DNA of 64,000 nt from the NCBI GenBank assembly GCA_963787255.1, contig CAWBCJ010000029.1, positions 960,001-1,024,000 of the forward strand, in the 5' to 3' direction. The notes under the pieces are model-generated. The model had not been told where the DNA came from. It saw nothing but the letters and a program-made list of their open reading frames with translations, and did no database searches. Below, in pieces: positions 1 to 11,752 of this stretch. Numbering within the stretch: position 1 is the stretch's first letter; every line of letters begins with the position of its first letter. A program made the translations under genes and the position numbers. Source of the DNA: Methanobacteriota archaeon. Its GTDB lineage: Archaea > Methanobacteriota > Methanobacteria > Methanobacteriales > Methanobacteriaceae.

Positions 1-16
1 AGAAAGAAATTCATAA

Positions 17-1225
17 ATGGTGAAAATGATGATTAAATGTATAACCTGTGGCGCAGAGTACGATATAAATGAGATAATATACACCTGTAACGAATGTGAA
101 TCGATATTAGAAGTCACATGCAAACCTGAAGTTTCAAAAGACATTTTTAACTGTAGAAAATCTACAATGTGGAAATATAAAGAATTCATGCCTGTTGATC
201 CATCTAAAATAGTAAGTCTTGAGGAAGGGGGAACTCCTTTTGTTAAGTGTGATAAACTTGGAGAAAAGCTTGGAGTAGATCTTTATGTTAAAGTAGAGGG
301 TTCAAACCCAACAGGAAGCTTTAAAGATAGGGGAATGAGTGTTGGAATAACCAAAGCCTTAGAATTAGGGGTAGATACTGTTGGATGCGCTTCTACAGGA
401 AATACATCAGCATCACTTGCAGCTTATGCTGCTAGAGCTGGATTAAGGTGTATAGTACTCCTTCCAGCAGGAAAAGTAGCTCTTGGAAAACTTGCTCAGG
501 CGATGTTCCATGGTGCTGAAGTATTGTCAGTTAGGGGGAACTTTGACGAGGCATTGGAAACTATAACTGCTCTGGCACTTCAAGGTAAACTCTATCTTTT
601 AAACTCTGTAAATCCATTTAGACTGGAAGGCCAAAAATCGATTGGGTTTGAAATAGTCGATGATTTAGGCTGGAAATCTCCGGATAGGATTATTTTACCT
701 GTTGGAAATGCGGGAAACATATCTGCTATATGGAAGGGAGTAAAAGAATTCTATCAAGCAGGATTTATGGAAGATCTACCAATGATGACAGGAATTCAGG
801 CAGAGGGTGCAGCACCAATTGTAAGGGCGATACGGGAAAATAAAAATGATATAATCCCATTTGAAAATCCTGAAACAATTGCAACAGCAATAAGGATCGG
901 TGCGCCAGTCAGCGCTAAAAAAGCTTTAGCAGCAATTTATGAATCTGATGGATGTGCTGAAACTGTTACTGATGAGGAAATTTTAAGTGCTCAGAAATTC
1001 CTGGCAAGAACTGAAGGGATTGGAGTAGAACCTGCCTCTGCAGCATCAATTGCAGGGCTGATGAAGCTTGTAGAAAGCGGTGAAATAGATAAAAATGAAC
1101 AAGTAGTATGTATTGTAACTGGCCATTTATTAAAGGATCCTAATACTGCTATAAATGCATGTATAGAGCCTGTTGAAGTAGATGCTGATATAAATGAGCT
1201 TTCCAGGATTTTAAACCAGAGATAA
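17..1225 (+). CDS. thrC: threonine synthase
   Basis: PLP motif NPTGSFKDRG, ASTGNT, PVGNAGN, EPASA; N-terminal Zn ribbon. Confidence 0.95.
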   Translation: MVKMMIKCITCGAEYDINEIIYTCNECESILEVTCKPEVSKDIFNCRKSTMWKYKEFMPVDPSKIVSLEEGGTPFVKCDKLGEKLGVDLYVKVEGSNPTGSFKDRGMSVGITKALELGVDTVGCASTGNTSASLAAYAARAGLRCIVLLPAGKVALGKLAQAMFHGAEVLSVRGNFDEALETITALALQGKLYLLNSVNPFRLEGQKSIGFEIVDDLGWKSPDRIILPVGNAGNISAIWKGVKEFYQAGFMEDLPMMTGIQAEGAAPIVRAIRENKNDIIPFENPETIATAIRIGAPVSAKKALAAIYESDGCAETVTDEEILSAQKFLARTEGIGVEPASAASIAGLMKLVESGEIDKNEQVVCIVTGHLLKDPNTAINACIEPVEVDADINELSRILNQR

Positions 1226-1391
1226 TTGATTTCATTTTAAACTTATTTTAAATGAAATCTAACTTTTCTACTTATTCTATTCATTTTTGCATGAGTGAAT
1301 ACAACATGATTTTAAATGTGATGTCAAAAAATCATTGTGATTGTCTTCACGTGTCTAAATATCATATAATTTTTCAAATAATCACCCAAAA

Positions 1392-1410
1392 AAACGATAA
1401 ATATATATAG
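1392..1410 (+). promoter_or_regulatory. BRE/TATA promoter of first histone gene
   Basis: aaacgataaatatatatag; a similar motif (cgacaaatttaaata) precedes the second histone gene. Confidence 0.55.
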
Positions 1411-1462
1411 GAGTAATTCAACAGAGTTATATCAATCAATATAAAAAATGAGGTGATTAAAT

Positions 1463-1666
1463 ATGGAATTACCAATTGCTCCAATTGGAAGAATAATAAA
1501 AAACGCCGGTGCTGAAAGAGTCAGCGACGACGCAAGAGAAGCTTTAGCAAAAGCTTTAGAAGAACAAGGTGAAATGATAGCTACAGAAGCTGTTAAACTC
1601 GCTAAACACGCTGGAAGAAAAACTGTTAAAGCATCCGACGTAGAATTAGCTGTTAAAAGGTTATAA
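1463..1666 (+). CDS. archaeal histone (HMfA/HMfB family)
   Basis: [24 protein letters not shown]...[11 protein letters not shown]; GAGGTGA RBS. Confidence 0.97.
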   Translation: MELPIAPIGRIIKNAGAERVSDDAREALAKALEEQGEMIATEAVKLAKHAGRKTVKASDVELAVKRL

Positions 1667-1669
1667 GCC

Positions 1670-1700
1670 TTTTATTTTCTTTTATTTTTATTTTTATTTC
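1670..1700 (+). terminator. oligo-T terminator after histone gene
   Basis: tttttattttctttattttttatttttatttc directly after the stop codon. Confidence 0.55.
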
Positions 1701-2141
1701 TTAAATATGCCCTTATTTTAACTAGAAATATATTTAATTGTCTTAAAAGTTTTCATTATAAATAGTTTCTTAAATCCTTTTAAATTTATGTTAATTCTAA
1801 GAAAAGTATATTTAATTTTAAAATAACTTTAATCATCTGTTTTTAATATGTTTAAAAGAAATAACCCCTGGAAACTTAGAATATCAATTATCTGAATCTT
1901 TTCAAAAGCTTAGATAAAGTTTATAAGCAATGATCATATACGTATATATTACTAATTCTTTTAGTGTTTTAAAAAAAACTGTTTTAGAATTGGAATTCCA
2001 CACTCTAAAGACTATAATTTTCAATATTCTAATTAAATTATAGGATGTATAGTGTTTTAAAATTGAAATTTACATTTTTGGTGTTTTTAAATCCTATTTG
2101 GCAACAACTTTTATATAGGCAAAAGTTGATATTATGATCAT

Positions 2142-2180
2142 GCCGATGGATGGTATAAAAACCAGATGAAAAAGGAGGTA
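2142..2180 (+). promoter_or_regulatory. kink-turn in the 5' leader of rpl7ae (putative autoregulatory element)
   Basis: GA-TGGT-ataaaa-ACCA-GAT-GA: canonical stem, 3-nt bulge and tandem G.A pairs next to the GGAGGT RBS; TATA-like box at 2109-2117. Confidence 0.65.
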
Positions 2181-2186
2181 AATCAC

Positions 2187-2558
2187 ATGGCAAAAGCAAT
2201 ATATGTAAAATTTGAAGTACCACAAGAAATAGCTGATAAAGCTGCTGAGGCTTTAGAAATAGCAAGAGATACAGGAAAAGTAGGAAAAGGAACAAACGAA
2301 GTAACCAAGGCCATAGAAAGAGGCAACGCGTTATTAGTACTCATAGCAGAGGACATCGATCCTCCAGAAATAGCAGCTCACTTACCTGTTCTAGCTGAAG
2401 AAAAAGATACTCCATATGTTTATATCCCAACAAAGGATGAATTAGGAGAAGCAGCAGGTTTAAATGTTGGTACAGCATCTGCAGTCATAACAGACGCAGG
2501 TGAAGCGGAAGATTTAGTCAACGAAGTAGTTGAAAAAGTCGAAGAACTTAAAAAATAA
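2187..2558 (+). CDS. rpl7ae: 50S ribosomal protein L7Ae (eL8)
   Basis: [26 protein letters not shown]; ATG at 2187 after GGAGGT RBS. Confidence 0.97.
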   Translation: MAKAIYVKFEVPQEIADKAAEALEIARDTGKVGKGTNEVTKAIERGNALLVLIAEDIDPPEIAAHLPVLAEEKDTPYVYIPTKDELGEAAGLNVGTASAVITDAGEAEDLVNEVVEKVEELKK

Positions 2559-2617
2559 TATAACTTTTTTTAAGAAAGGCAAGTGCCTTTCTCACTTTAA
2601 TAATTCAGGGTGATTAT

Positions 2618-2824
2618 ATGGCTGAAGCAACTCCTGCTGAAGTAATTGAAGTTCTTAAAAGGACTGGAATGACTGGAGAAGTCATGCAGGTAAAATGTAG
2701 AATACTTGAAGGAAGAGATAAGGGTAGAATATTAACAAGAAACATTATGGGCCCTATAAGGGAAGGCGACATCTTAATGTTACTCGATACAATAAGAGAA
2801 GCTAAAGAAATCCGTACTCCATAA
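2618..2824 (+). CDS. rps28e: 30S ribosomal protein S28e
   Basis: [16 protein letters not shown]...GPIREGDIL. Confidence 0.97.
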   Translation: MAEATPAEVIEVLKRTGMTGEVMQVKCRILEGRDKGRILTRNIMGPIREGDILMLLDTIREAKEIRTP

Positions 2825-2840
2825 TTAGAAGGTGTTTAAT

Positions 2841-3002
2841 ATGAGAACATGTTCATTCTGCGGAGAAGAAATGCAGGAAGGTACAGGAAAGATGTACGTC
2901 AGAAAAGACGGAACTGTATTCTTCTTTTGCAGCAGTAAATGCGAAAAAAATAGAATAAAGCTCGGAAGAGTTCCAAGAAAGGTCAAGTGGGTTAAACAAT
3001 GA
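2841..3002 (+). CDS. rpl24e: 50S ribosomal protein L24e (not in ORF track)
   Basis: Manual translation [37 protein letters not shown]...PRKVKWVKQ*. Confidence 0.95.
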   Translation: MRTCSFCGEEMQEGTGKMYVRKDGTVFFFCSSKCEKNRIKLGRVPRKVKWVKQ

Positions 3003-3454
3003 GTGAAAGGAGTTTTGTGATGCTTAAACCAGATGCCGTACTTAGAAGGCTTATGGGGAAAGTATTAACCAGATTTGAAGAGCGCGGTCTTAAAATAGTC
3101 GCTGCAAAGATGATGGAAATCTCTGAAGATCTTGCAAAAGAACACTACGGAGAACACAAAGAAAAACCTTTCTTTGATGACCTTGTAGGCTACATTACAT
3201 CAGCACCGGTCATTGCAATGGTAATTGAAGGCGACGAATGTATAAGTCTTATAAGGAAAATGGTAGGAGCTACAAACCCTAAAGATGCAGCTCTTGGAAC
3301 CATTAGGGGAGATTATGCACTTGACACAGGTAGGAATATAATTCACGCTTCAGATTCTCCACAATCAGCAAAAAGAGAAATTGCATTGTTTTTTGAGGAC
3401 TCTGAAGTTTGTAAATACACCTTACCCGATGAAAGCTTGATATACGAACAATAA
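2999..3454 (+). CDS. ndk: nucleoside diphosphate kinase
   Basis: [19 protein letters not shown]. Confidence 0.97.
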   Translation: MSERSFVMLKPDAVLRRLMGKVLTRFEERGLKIVAAKMMEISEDLAKEHYGEHKEKPFFDDLVGYITSAPVIAMVIEGDECISLIRKMVGATNPKDAALGTIRGDYALDTGRNIIHASDSPQSAKREIALFFEDSEVCKYTLPDESLIYEQ

Positions 3455-3488
3455 TTTCTTTTATCTTTACTTTTTAGGGGTTTAAAAA

Positions 3489-5267
3489 TTGAAAATCAGA
3501 TCACCAATAGTTTCTGTTCTGGGACACGTCGATCATGGGAAAACAACCCTCTTAGACTTTATAAGAGGTAGTGTTATCGCTCAAAAAGAAGCTGGCGGAA
3601 TTACACAACACATTGGAGCAACTGAAATTCCAATGGAAGTTGTAGAGAACATTGGTGGCGAATTTCTTAAAAAACTGGATATCAAAGAAACTCTTCCCGG
3701 ACTTTTCTTTATAGATACTCCTGGTCACGAAGCATTTACAACCCTCCGTAAAAGAGGAGGAGCACTTGCTGATCTGGCAATATTAATTGTGGATATTAAC
3801 GAAGGATTCAAGCCACAAACTTACGAGGCTTTGAACATCCTTAAAATGTATAAAACTCCTTTTATAGTTGCAGCAAATAAAATTGACAAGATATTTGGAT
3901 GGCAGCCAACTGAAGGCTCACCATTTCTTCAATCTTTTTCTAAACAACCTCAAAACGTTCAGGAAAAAGTAGATACTGGTCTTTACGAAATTGTTGGAAT
4001 CCTGCATGATGAAGGCTTTGAATCTGAAAGATTTGATAGAATAAGTGACTTTTCAAAACAAATAAGTATAATTCCTATAAGCGCAAAAACAGGCGAAGGC
4101 GTACCTGAACTCTTAGCAATGCTCATGGGACTTGCTAAACAATACTTGAAAGAGCAGCTTAAAATCGAAGAAGATGCTCCAGCAAAAGGAACCATTCTTG
4201 AAGTAAAAGAAGAAGTTGGACTAGGAGTAACCATAGATGCAGTAATTTACGATGGAATACTGAAAAAAGACGATACAATTGCCCTTATGACTATGGACAA
4301 CGTCATAACCACCAGTATAAGGTCACTTTTAAAGCCAAGACCTCTTGAAGAAATCAGGGAATCAAAAAAAAGGTTCCAGAAGGTGGATGAGGTTGTTGCA
4401 GCTGCAGGAATTAAGATAGTAGCTCCAAATATTGAAAATGCTGTTTCAGGATCACCTCTACGTGTTGCACGTGGAAATCTTGAAGATGTAAAAGAAGAAA
4501 TTTTAAAAGAAATTGAAGACATAAAAATAGATACTGACGAACTTGGAATTGTAGTCAAAGCGGATACACTAGGCTCACTAGAAGCACTAGTTAATTTGCT
4601 TAGAGGTATGGAAGTTCCAATAAGGGCAGCAAACATTGGAGATGTCTCCAGAAGAGACGTGGTGGATGCAGCAATCGTTAAAAAAGAAAATCCTCTTTAT
4701 GGGGTTATAGTTGCATTTAATGTAAAAATTCTTCCTTCCGCTGTTCCCGAAATTAAAGCATCAGAACTTAAGCTTTTCTCTGCAAACGTGATATACCAAT
4801 TAACTGAAGACTATCAGGAATGGATAGACGCTGCAAAGGAAGAAAAGAAAAAAGCATATCTTAATGCCATCATAAAACCTGCAAAAATAAGAATAATACC
4901 TAAATTAATCTTTAGAAACAGTAAACCCGCAATAGTTGGTATTGAAGTGCTAAGTGGAACAGTAAAACAGGACTACGGCCTGATAAGAGGAGACGGGTCC
5001 AAAGTTGGAAAGGTTGAAGGAATGCAGGATAAGGGAGAAAACTTAAAATCCGTACCCCGCGGCAAAAAAGTGGCCATGAGCATAAAAGATGCTATATTCG
5101 GCAAGAATTTTGAGGAAGGAGATGTTCTCTACGTGGATATACCTGAAAACCACTATAAAATCCTTGAATCAGAGCTTAAAAACAAGCTCAGCGAGGATGA
5201 GTACGAAACACTCCATGAAATAGTGGACATTAAAAGAAAGGAAAATCCTAATTGGGGAATGTATTAA
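3489..5267 (+). CDS. infB: translation initiation factor aIF5B (IF-2)
   Basis: [29 protein letters not shown]; TTG start. Confidence 0.97.
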   Translation: MKIRSPIVSVLGHVDHGKTTLLDFIRGSVIAQKEAGGITQHIGATEIPMEVVENIGGEFLKKLDIKETLPGLFFIDTPGHEAFTTLRKRGGALADLAILIVDINEGFKPQTYEALNILKMYKTPFIVAANKIDKIFGWQPTEGSPFLQSFSKQPQNVQEKVDTGLYEIVGILHDEGFESERFDRISDFSKQISIIPISAKTGEGVPELLAMLMGLAKQYLKEQLKIEEDAPAKGTILEVKEEVGLGVTIDAVIYDGILKKDDTIALMTMDNVITTSIRSLLKPRPLEEIRESKKRFQKVDEVVAAAGIKIVAPNIENAVSGSPLRVARGNLEDVKEEILKEIEDIKIDTDELGIVVKADTLGSLEALVNLLRGMEVPIRAANIGDVSRRDVVDAAIVKKENPLYGVIVAFNVKILPSAVPEIKASELKLFSANVIYQLTEDYQEWIDAAKEEKKKAYLNAIIKPAKIRIIPKLIFRNSKPAIVGIEVLSGTVKQDYGLIRGDGSKVGKVEGMQDKGENLKSVPRGKKVAMSIKDAIFGKNFEEGDVLYVDIPENHYKILESELKNKLSEDEYETLHEIVDIKRKENPNWGMY

Positions 5268-5341
5268 TATATTGAAGTATAATCCAAATTAAACTAATAA
5301 CAACTGGATACACAGTACAAAGATGAGATGGAGGAGATAGA

Positions 5342-5725
5342 TTGGCATTTAAATTAGTTATTTCAGAAGGAGAAAAAAGTCATCAGATAGAAGTGGAACA
5401 GACACAATCAAAAAAATTAGTCGGTTTAAAAATAGGAGACGAAATAGAAGCTTCTATAGTTGGTCTAAATGGATACAAACTTAAAATAACCGGTGGAAGC
5501 GATAAAAATGGTTTCCCCATGAAAAGAGATGTCGACGGGCCAAGAAGAATAAAAAGTCTTCTCTCAGGCGGTCTTGGATTTGAACCAAAAAGAGACGGGC
5601 AGAGAAGAAGAAAAACAGTTCGTGGAAACACCGTATCTGATGATATAGTTCAAATCAATACAATTGTTACAGAAAAAGGCGCTAAAAGTATAGACGAACT
5701 TTTAGGTGCAACTGCAGAAGAATAA
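5342..5725 (+). CDS. rps6e: 30S ribosomal protein S6e
   Basis: [20 protein letters not shown]. Confidence 0.96.
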   Translation: MAFKLVISEGEKSHQIEVEQTQSKKLVGLKIGDEIEASIVGLNGYKLKITGGSDKNGFPMKRDVDGPRRIKSLLSGGLGFEPKRDGQRRRKTVRGNTVSDDIVQINTIVTEKGAKSIDELLGATAEE

Positions 5726-5778
5726 TTAAATCATTAAATCTTATTTAAATATCTTAAAATAATGATTTAGGTGTAATT

Positions 5779-7005
5779 GTGAAAATACAATCTGAAATAA
5801 ATATAGGGCTAGTAGGGCACGTGGATCACGGAAAAACTACGCTAACAAAGGCTCTATCTGGCATATGGACTGATACACACAGCGAAGAAACTAAAAGAGG
5901 AATATCAATAAGGCTGGGTTATGCAGATATAACCTTTAGACAATGTACAGAATGCCCTGCTCCTCAATGCTACACCACCGCCCTTGTGTGCGAACAATGC
6001 GGCAAAGAAACTGAAACATTAAGAAGAGTATCCTTTGTAGATTCTCCCGGGCACGAAACGCTCATGGCTACCATGCTTTCGGGCGCGGCCATAATGGATG
6101 GAGCTGTACTGGTAATTGCGGCCAATGAACCATGTCCCCAGCCCCAGACAAAAGAACATCTTATGGCACTTGATGTTATAGGAGTTAAGGATGTCATAGT
6201 AGTTCAAAATAAAATAGATATAGTATCAAAAGAAAGAGCTATAGAAAGCTACAATGAAATAAAAGAATTTGTACAGGGTACATGCGCAGAAGAAGCCCCT
6301 ATAATACCAATATCGGCACAACAAGGCGCTAATATTGATATTTTAATTGAAGTAATTCAGGAAATGATTAAAACTCCTGAACGTTTACTGGATAAACCTG
6401 CAAGGATGTACGTTGCAAGATCCTTTGATATTAACAAGCCAGGATGCAAACCTGAAAATATTGCCGGTGGAGTAATAGGTGGCTCTCTCATTCAAGGAAA
6501 GCTGAAAATCGGCGATGAACTGGAAATAAAACCAGGTATTCAGATCAAAAATAAGGGAAAAATGGAATGGATGAGTTTGCGTTCTGAGATTGTAGGTTTA
6601 AACACTGCCAACGAGCACGTTGAAGAAGTAAGTTCTGGAGGACTTATTGGTGTTGGAACAACACTGGACCCTGCACTTACTAAAGCAGATTCACTTTCTG
6701 GATCCGTTGCTGGAGAGCCGGGAACTTTACCACCAATCTTACATAAATTCCTCATGGAAACCAAGCTCTTAGAAAGAGTTGTGGGAACCAAGGAAGAGAA
6801 AGCAGTTGATCCAATTAAATCATCAGAACTTCTAATGATAAACATAGGAACTGCAACTACCATTGGTGTTGTTTCAAGCGCTAGGGGAAAAACAGCAGAT
6901 GTAACACTTAAATTACCAGTATGTGCTGAATCCGGCCAAAGAGTAGCTTTAAGCAGGCGTGTCGGTGCAAGATGGAGGTTAATTGGATATGGTATCATCA
7001 AATAA
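5779..7005 (+). CDS. eif2g: translation initiation factor 2 subunit gamma
   Basis: [19 protein letters not shown], Zn knuckle, WRLIGYG C-terminus. Confidence 0.97.
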   Translation: MKIQSEINIGLVGHVDHGKTTLTKALSGIWTDTHSEETKRGISIRLGYADITFRQCTECPAPQCYTTALVCEQCGKETETLRRVSFVDSPGHETLMATMLSGAAIMDGAVLVIAANEPCPQPQTKEHLMALDVIGVKDVIVVQNKIDIVSKERAIESYNEIKEFVQGTCAEEAPIIPISAQQGANIDILIEVIQEMIKTPERLLDKPARMYVARSFDINKPGCKPENIAGGVIGGSLIQGKLKIGDELEIKPGIQIKNKGKMEWMSLRSEIVGLNTANEHVEEVSSGGLIGVGTTLDPALTKADSLSGSVAGEPGTLPPILHKFLMETKLLERVVGTKEEKAVDPIKSSELLMINIGTATTIGVVSSARGKTADVTLKLPVCAESGQRVALSRRVGARWRLIGYGIIK

Positions 7006-7393
7006 AGAAGCGGTGTTAGATGCAAATTTTTTATGATACCTGCTCAATTTCACGTTGATATATTAACTGAACTTGAGCAAATTATACCCCACTACAAACT
7101 TGTGGTTCCATCATTTGTTATCAAAGAGCTTGAAGAAATAAAAAAAAGAATCAAGGGGTAAAGATAAAATTGCAGCATCAATTGCACTTAAAATAACTGA
7201 ATCCCCTGAAATTAACGTGATGAATGTTAATTTAAAAAGAAATGAGCGGGTTGATGATGCACTTCTCCGCATTTCCAGTGTTTTATGTACTAACGATATT
7301 GGACTTAAAAGAAGGGCAAGAAATAAAGGAATCACCGTCATACATTTACGCCAGAAGAAATATTTGGGTGTTGACGGATATTTAGGTTTATAA
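6989..7393 (+). pseudogene. PIN-domain protein (Fcf1/Utp24-like), two frameshifts in homopolymer runs, probably assembly errors
   Basis: Reconstructed [24 protein letters not shown]...VPSFVIKELEEI...VDDALL...LCTND...HLRQKKYLGVDGYLGL*; -1 in T-run near 7030, +1 in A-run near 7145; usual position after eif2g. Confidence 0.8.
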
Positions 7394-7457
7394 ATAAAAT
7401 AATGGATATTCATAATAATTTATAGATTATAACTTGGATAAAATTTGGAGTGATTAT

Positions 7458-7976
7458 ATGAATCTTTGGAAGGATTTAGCGCCAGGACCATCAGTTCCAG
7501 AAGTAGTATACGCAGTAATTGAAATACCAAAAGGATCAAGAAACAAATACGAATACGATAAGGATATGGAAGCATTTGCACTTGATAGGGTACTTTACTC
7601 ACCGTTTTGTTACCCTGCTGAATATGGAATAATTCCACAAACACTATGGGATGATGGAGATCCAATGGACATAATGGTTTTGATGGAGCAACCAACTTTT
7701 CCAGGATGTGTAATTGAAACAAGACCCATTGGAATCATGAGAATGATTGATGGTGAGGATAGCGATGATAAAATATTAAGCGTACCTATTAATGATCCAA
7801 GATTCAAAGATGTTAATGACATTAATGATGTTCCTGAACACTTGTTAAAAGAAATTGCACATTTCTTTAAGGAATACAAGCATCTTGAAGGAAAAACTAC
7901 AGAAGTTCTAGGATGGGAAAACGCTCAAAAAGCATTTGAAGCAATAAAACATTCAATAGAGCTATATAAAAAATAA
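7458..7976 (+). CDS. ppa: inorganic pyrophosphatase
   Basis: [24 protein letters not shown]; ATG at 7458 after GGAGTGA. Confidence 0.96.
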   Translation: MNLWKDLAPGPSVPEVVYAVIEIPKGSRNKYEYDKDMEAFALDRVLYSPFCYPAEYGIIPQTLWDDGDPMDIMVLMEQPTFPGCVIETRPIGIMRMIDGEDSDDKILSVPINDPRFKDVNDINDVPEHLLKEIAHFFKEYKHLEGKTTEVLGWENAQKAFEAIKHSIELYKK

Positions 7977-8006
7977 TTTTAATAAATAAACCAAGAGGGT
8001 TTTAAT

Positions 8007-8564
8007 TTGTACTTAATATCAAAAATTAAAGATACTGTAAGAGTCCCACCGACTTTGTTCGAGGAACCAATAGAGGATGTAGCTTTCGAGCTTCTAAACG
8101 AAAACTACGTGGGAACAATCGATAAAAAGATGGGCTTGATGGTTACAGTGAGAGAAGTGGAAGATATAGGCATAGGTAGAGTTATAATGGGTGATGGTGC
8201 AGCATATCATGATGTAACATTCACTGCTCTATTTTTCAAGCCTGATCTTCAAGAAATTGTAGAAGGAGAAGTCATTGAAATTACAGAATTTGGAGCATTT
8301 GTTCGAATGGGGCCTATGGACGGTCTTGTTCACGTTTCCCAGGTTACAGATGATTACATAAATTACGATGCAAAAAGAGGAGCTTTACTTGGTAAAGAGT
8401 CTAAAAAGACACTTGAAGAAGGAAATAAAGTCCGTGCAAGAATCGTAGCATTGAGCCTTAAAGGGAAATCCTCCAAAGAAACCAAAATTGGCCTCACCAT
8501 GAGACAACCGGGTCTTGGAAGAGACGAATGGATTGAAAAAGAGAAAAAGAGGAAGAAGAAATAA
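8007..8564 (+). CDS. rpoE1: RNA polymerase subunit E' (Rpo7)
   Basis: GDGAAYH, S1 domain [28 protein letters not shown]. Confidence 0.96.
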   Translation: MYLISKIKDTVRVPPTLFEEPIEDVAFELLNENYVGTIDKKMGLMVTVREVEDIGIGRVIMGDGAAYHDVTFTALFFKPDLQEIVEGEVIEITEFGAFVRMGPMDGLVHVSQVTDDYINYDAKRGALLGKESKKTLEEGNKVRARIVALSLKGKSSKETKIGLTMRQPGLGRDEWIEKEKKRKKK

Positions 8565-8746
8565 TGGTTACTAAAGCATGTACAAGATGTCAAAGAATAA
8601 TGGAAGAAGATAGATGTGGTATATGTAATGTGCCAACTTCCAAGAACTGGAGCGGTTTTTTAATCATAATCGACCCGGAAAATTCAGGTATTGCAAAAGA
8701 ACTTAATATCAGTCTTCCTGGTGAATATGCTTTAAGAGTAAGATAG
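8564..8746 (+). CDS. spt4: transcription elongation factor Spt4 (RpoE'')
   Basis: KACTRC...CGIC...WSGFLIIIDPENS...PGEYALRV. Confidence 0.95.
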   Translation: MVTKACTRCQRIMEEDRCGICNVPTSKNWSGFLIIIDPENSGIAKELNISLPGEYALRVR

Positions 8747-8771
8747 TTTTATAAGATTTTTAGGTTATAGA

Positions 8772-9269
8772 GTGTTATTATTAAAAAAAGAACGTAGGAA
8801 AATATTTAAAAAACCTTTTGGTAAAATTTATCCTACTTTAAATGATATAAATAGATCAATACTTAAAAATCATTTTACAATCTCTATTGGAGATGAAACA
8901 ACAAATAATCTTTTAAATGCTGATCTAATACCTAAAATCGGCATTATAGATAACATAATTGAAAGAAAAACATCAAAACACAGTATAGAATACAACGCTG
9001 TTACCTTGAATACGGTTAATCCTCCGGGAACAATTACTGACGAACTATGGGCAACAATTCAGAAATCTTTTGATATTGCTCCCAAATCTAATGTTCTAAT
9101 TGTTGTTGAAGGTGAAGAGGATCTGGCAGTTATTCCATGTGTTTTAATGGCTCCTGAAGGTTCCTTAATATTATATGGGCAGCCTGGAGAGGGAGTTGTA
9201 CTTGTTGAAACTGATAAAGTAAAAGAAACAGCAGAAGAAATGCTGGATAACTTTGAGGAGGTCAAATAA
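8772..9269 (+). CDS. GTP-dependent dephospho-CoA kinase (DUF359)
   Basis: IGDETT, NPPGTIT, VEGEEDLA, YGQPGEG; usual position after spt4. Confidence 0.88.
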   Translation: MLLLKKERRKIFKKPFGKIYPTLNDINRSILKNHFTISIGDETTNNLLNADLIPKIGIIDNIIERKTSKHSIEYNAVTLNTVNPPGTITDELWATIQKSFDIAPKSNVLIVVEGEEDLAVIPCVLMAPEGSLILYGQPGEGVVLVETDKVKETAEEMLDNFEEVK

Positions 9270-9583
9270 TGGAAATTGAAATTAAAGATAAAATTGAAAA
9301 TCCACTTTTAAACAGAACTGAAGTACACTTTGACTGCATATACCAAGGAGAATCTACTCCAAAAGTCATGGATGTTAAAAATAAACTTGTTGCACTATTA
9401 GATGCAGACAAAAATCTTCTTGTAGTTGACAAGGTTTTACCTAAATTTGGAGAAGGTAAGGCTGAAGGATATGCAAAAGTTTACGATTCAGAAGAAAACT
9501 TAAAGAAAATAGAACAAAAACACGTTCTAGACAAAAATCAAGAACCTCAAGAGGGTGAAGAACCTGCGGAGGAAGAACAATGA
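9269..9583 (+). CDS. rps24e: 30S ribosomal protein S24e
   Basis: [22 protein letters not shown]. Confidence 0.95.
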   Translation: MEIEIKDKIENPLLNRTEVHFDCIYQGESTPKVMDVKNKLVALLDADKNLLVVDKVLPKFGEGKAEGYAKVYDSEENLKKIEQKHVLDKNQEPQEGEEPAEEEQ

Positions 9584-9735
9584 AGAAATGTGAACTTTAC
9601 GAAGTTAAAGATAACAAAATCGTAAGAAAAAACCCTGAATGTGTTAGATGTTCCCATGGTGTCTTCATGGCTGACCATGGGGATAGATATGCCTGTGGAA
9701 AGTGCGGATACACACAATGGAAAGGTAAAGAATAA
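9580..9735 (+). CDS. rps27ae: 30S ribosomal protein S27ae (not in ORF track)
   Basis: Manual translation [51 protein letters not shown]. Confidence 0.95.
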   Translation: MKKCELYEVKDNKIVRKNPECVRCSHGVFMADHGDRYACGKCGYTQWKGKE

Positions 9736-9772
9736 TTTTTTTTATTTAGTTTTTATTAAAAGGTGAAAAACC

Positions 9773-11176
9773 TTGAATTTAAGATCTGGACGGCTTAAAG
9801 GAAAGATGAGCAGCGAAGCTGCATCTTTTACCTCTTCTTTGGAATTTGACAAACGTATCTTTGATGCAGATGTTGAACTTAACACTGCACATACAACAAT
9901 GCTTTCAAAACAGGGAATAATCCCTGAAAAAACAGCACAAGATATTTTAAATGCTCTTAAAGACCTTAAAGAAGAAGGTATTGAAGCTCTTGACCTTGAT
10001 CCTTCGGTTGAAGATATCCACATGGCTGTTGAAAACTACGTGACTTCTAAAATAGGTGAAAAGGCAGGATACATGCACACTGCCAAATCACGAAATGATC
10101 AGGTGGCTACAGATCTTAGACTTATTTTAAAAAAGGAAATAGAAGGAATAAGTCAATCTATACTTAATTTTATTGAAGAAATCATTAAAATGGCAGATGG
10201 ACATAAAAAAACTATTTTTGTAGGTTATACTCACCTTCAACACGCTCAACCAACTACTTTCGCTCATCATCTGCTTGCTTACGCTAATGCGTTAAGAAGA
10301 GATTATGAAAGGATGAGGGATGCATATAAAAGAGTAGATATGAACCCTTTAGGTTCTGCAGCTATGACCACTACCAGTTTTCCCATTGACCGGGAATTGA
10401 CGACTGAATTACTTGGTTTCAGCAGAATAATGGAGAATTCTATTGATGGTGTAAGTTCAAGGGATTTTATTGCTGAAACGGTGTTTGCGCTTTCAATGCT
10501 TTCCTCAACGCTTAGTAAGATTTGTGAAGAACTTATCATTTGGAGTACATATGAATTTGGAGTTGTTGAAATTGCCTATGAATATTCCTCAACATCTTCA
10601 ATTATGCCTCAAAAGAAGAATCCTGATGTTGCAGAAATTGCAAGGGCAAAAAGTGCAATTCTTACGGGAGAGTTGGTGACTATTATGACCATTTTGAAGG
10701 CGTTACCTTACAGTTATAATCGTGATTTGCAGGAATTAACTCCTCATCTATGGAATTCAGTAGATAATGCTAAATCAATGTTGAGTATAATGAATGGAAT
10801 GTTATCTACAATTACTGTAAATAAAGAACGTGCTGCAGAACTTGCAAAATCCAATTTTGCCACTGCCACCGAGCTAGCAGATATACTAGTTCGTGAAAAA
10901 AGCATGCCTTTTAGGACTGCCCATAAGATAGTTGGAAGAATGGTTACGGAAGCATTGGAGAATAAGATTTCTCTTGATGATATTGATTCAAAGTTTTTAG
11001 ATAATGTTGCTAATGAAGTGATAGGAAAATCGCTTAATCTGGATGATGAATTAATAAGGAAAGCACTGGACCCTTATGAAAATATTAAGGCTCGAACTGT
11101 AATTGGAGGGTCTTCTCCTAAAGCAGTTGAAGGTGCAATTAATAATTTAAGGGAATTTCTGGATGAAGAAAGATAA
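9773..11176 (+). CDS. argH: argininosuccinate lyase
   Basis: [30 protein letters not shown]. Confidence 0.97.
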   Translation: MNLRSGRLKGKMSSEAASFTSSLEFDKRIFDADVELNTAHTTMLSKQGIIPEKTAQDILNALKDLKEEGIEALDLDPSVEDIHMAVENYVTSKIGEKAGYMHTAKSRNDQVATDLRLILKKEIEGISQSILNFIEEIIKMADGHKKTIFVGYTHLQHAQPTTFAHHLLAYANALRRDYERMRDAYKRVDMNPLGSAAMTTTSFPIDRELTTELLGFSRIMENSIDGVSSRDFIAETVFALSMLSSTLSKICEELIIWSTYEFGVVEIAYEYSSTSSIMPQKKNPDVAEIARAKSAILTGELVTIMTILKALPYSYNRDLQELTPHLWNSVDNAKSMLSIMNGMLSTITVNKERAAELAKSNFATATELADILVREKSMPFRTAHKIVGRMVTEALENKISLDDIDSKFLDNVANEVIGKSLNLDDELIRKALDPYENIKARTVIGGSSPKAVEGAINNLREFLDEER

Positions 11177-11561
11177 ATAAGCATTATTTAATGTTTAGAA
11201 CTTTAATTAACTATTTTCATATTTTTTTAGCATATTTGAGATTTTTTTAGTTTTCTTTTTTTGTGATATATCTCTTTTTGTAATTTTTTTAAAAGAATTA
11301 TTTTTACATTATAAATTTTTCTGAACTTTTAAAATGAGAGTATGCAGGGTCATCTGAATCAAAACTCATTGACGGGGAGGGAAAAATTCACATAGTTAAA
11401 AATTACATTTCTATGAAAAATAATCCCGGTTTAAAACTCTTGAAAAAATTAGATAATCCTAAAACAGCATTAAATTATTTTTTAATTTCATAATACCCTG
11501 TGGATATTATTTGACAATCTTCATAAAATTTATATATGATCTATTACAAAAAGTATTATAC

Positions 11562-11702
11562 ATGAAAAGTGATTCAACACCTCAGTTAATAGGAATAATT
11601 GCAATATTAATTGGTATTTTGATGATAATATATCCGCAGCTTGTGGGATATCTTGTAGGGATTTTCCTAATAGCATATGGAATATTGGAAGTCATTAAAT
11701 AG
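11562..11702 (+). CDS. small two-helix membrane protein (DUF3096-like)
   Basis: IGILMIIYPQLVGYLVGIFLIAYGILEV; ATG at 11562 downstream of a TATA-like tttatata. Confidence 0.6.
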   Translation: MKSDSTPQLIGIIAILIGILMIIYPQLVGYLVGIFLIAYGILEVIK

Positions 11703-11752
11703 ACTAAAATCAGCAGAAACCATTAACTGATTTGTTTTTTATTTTTTAAAAC

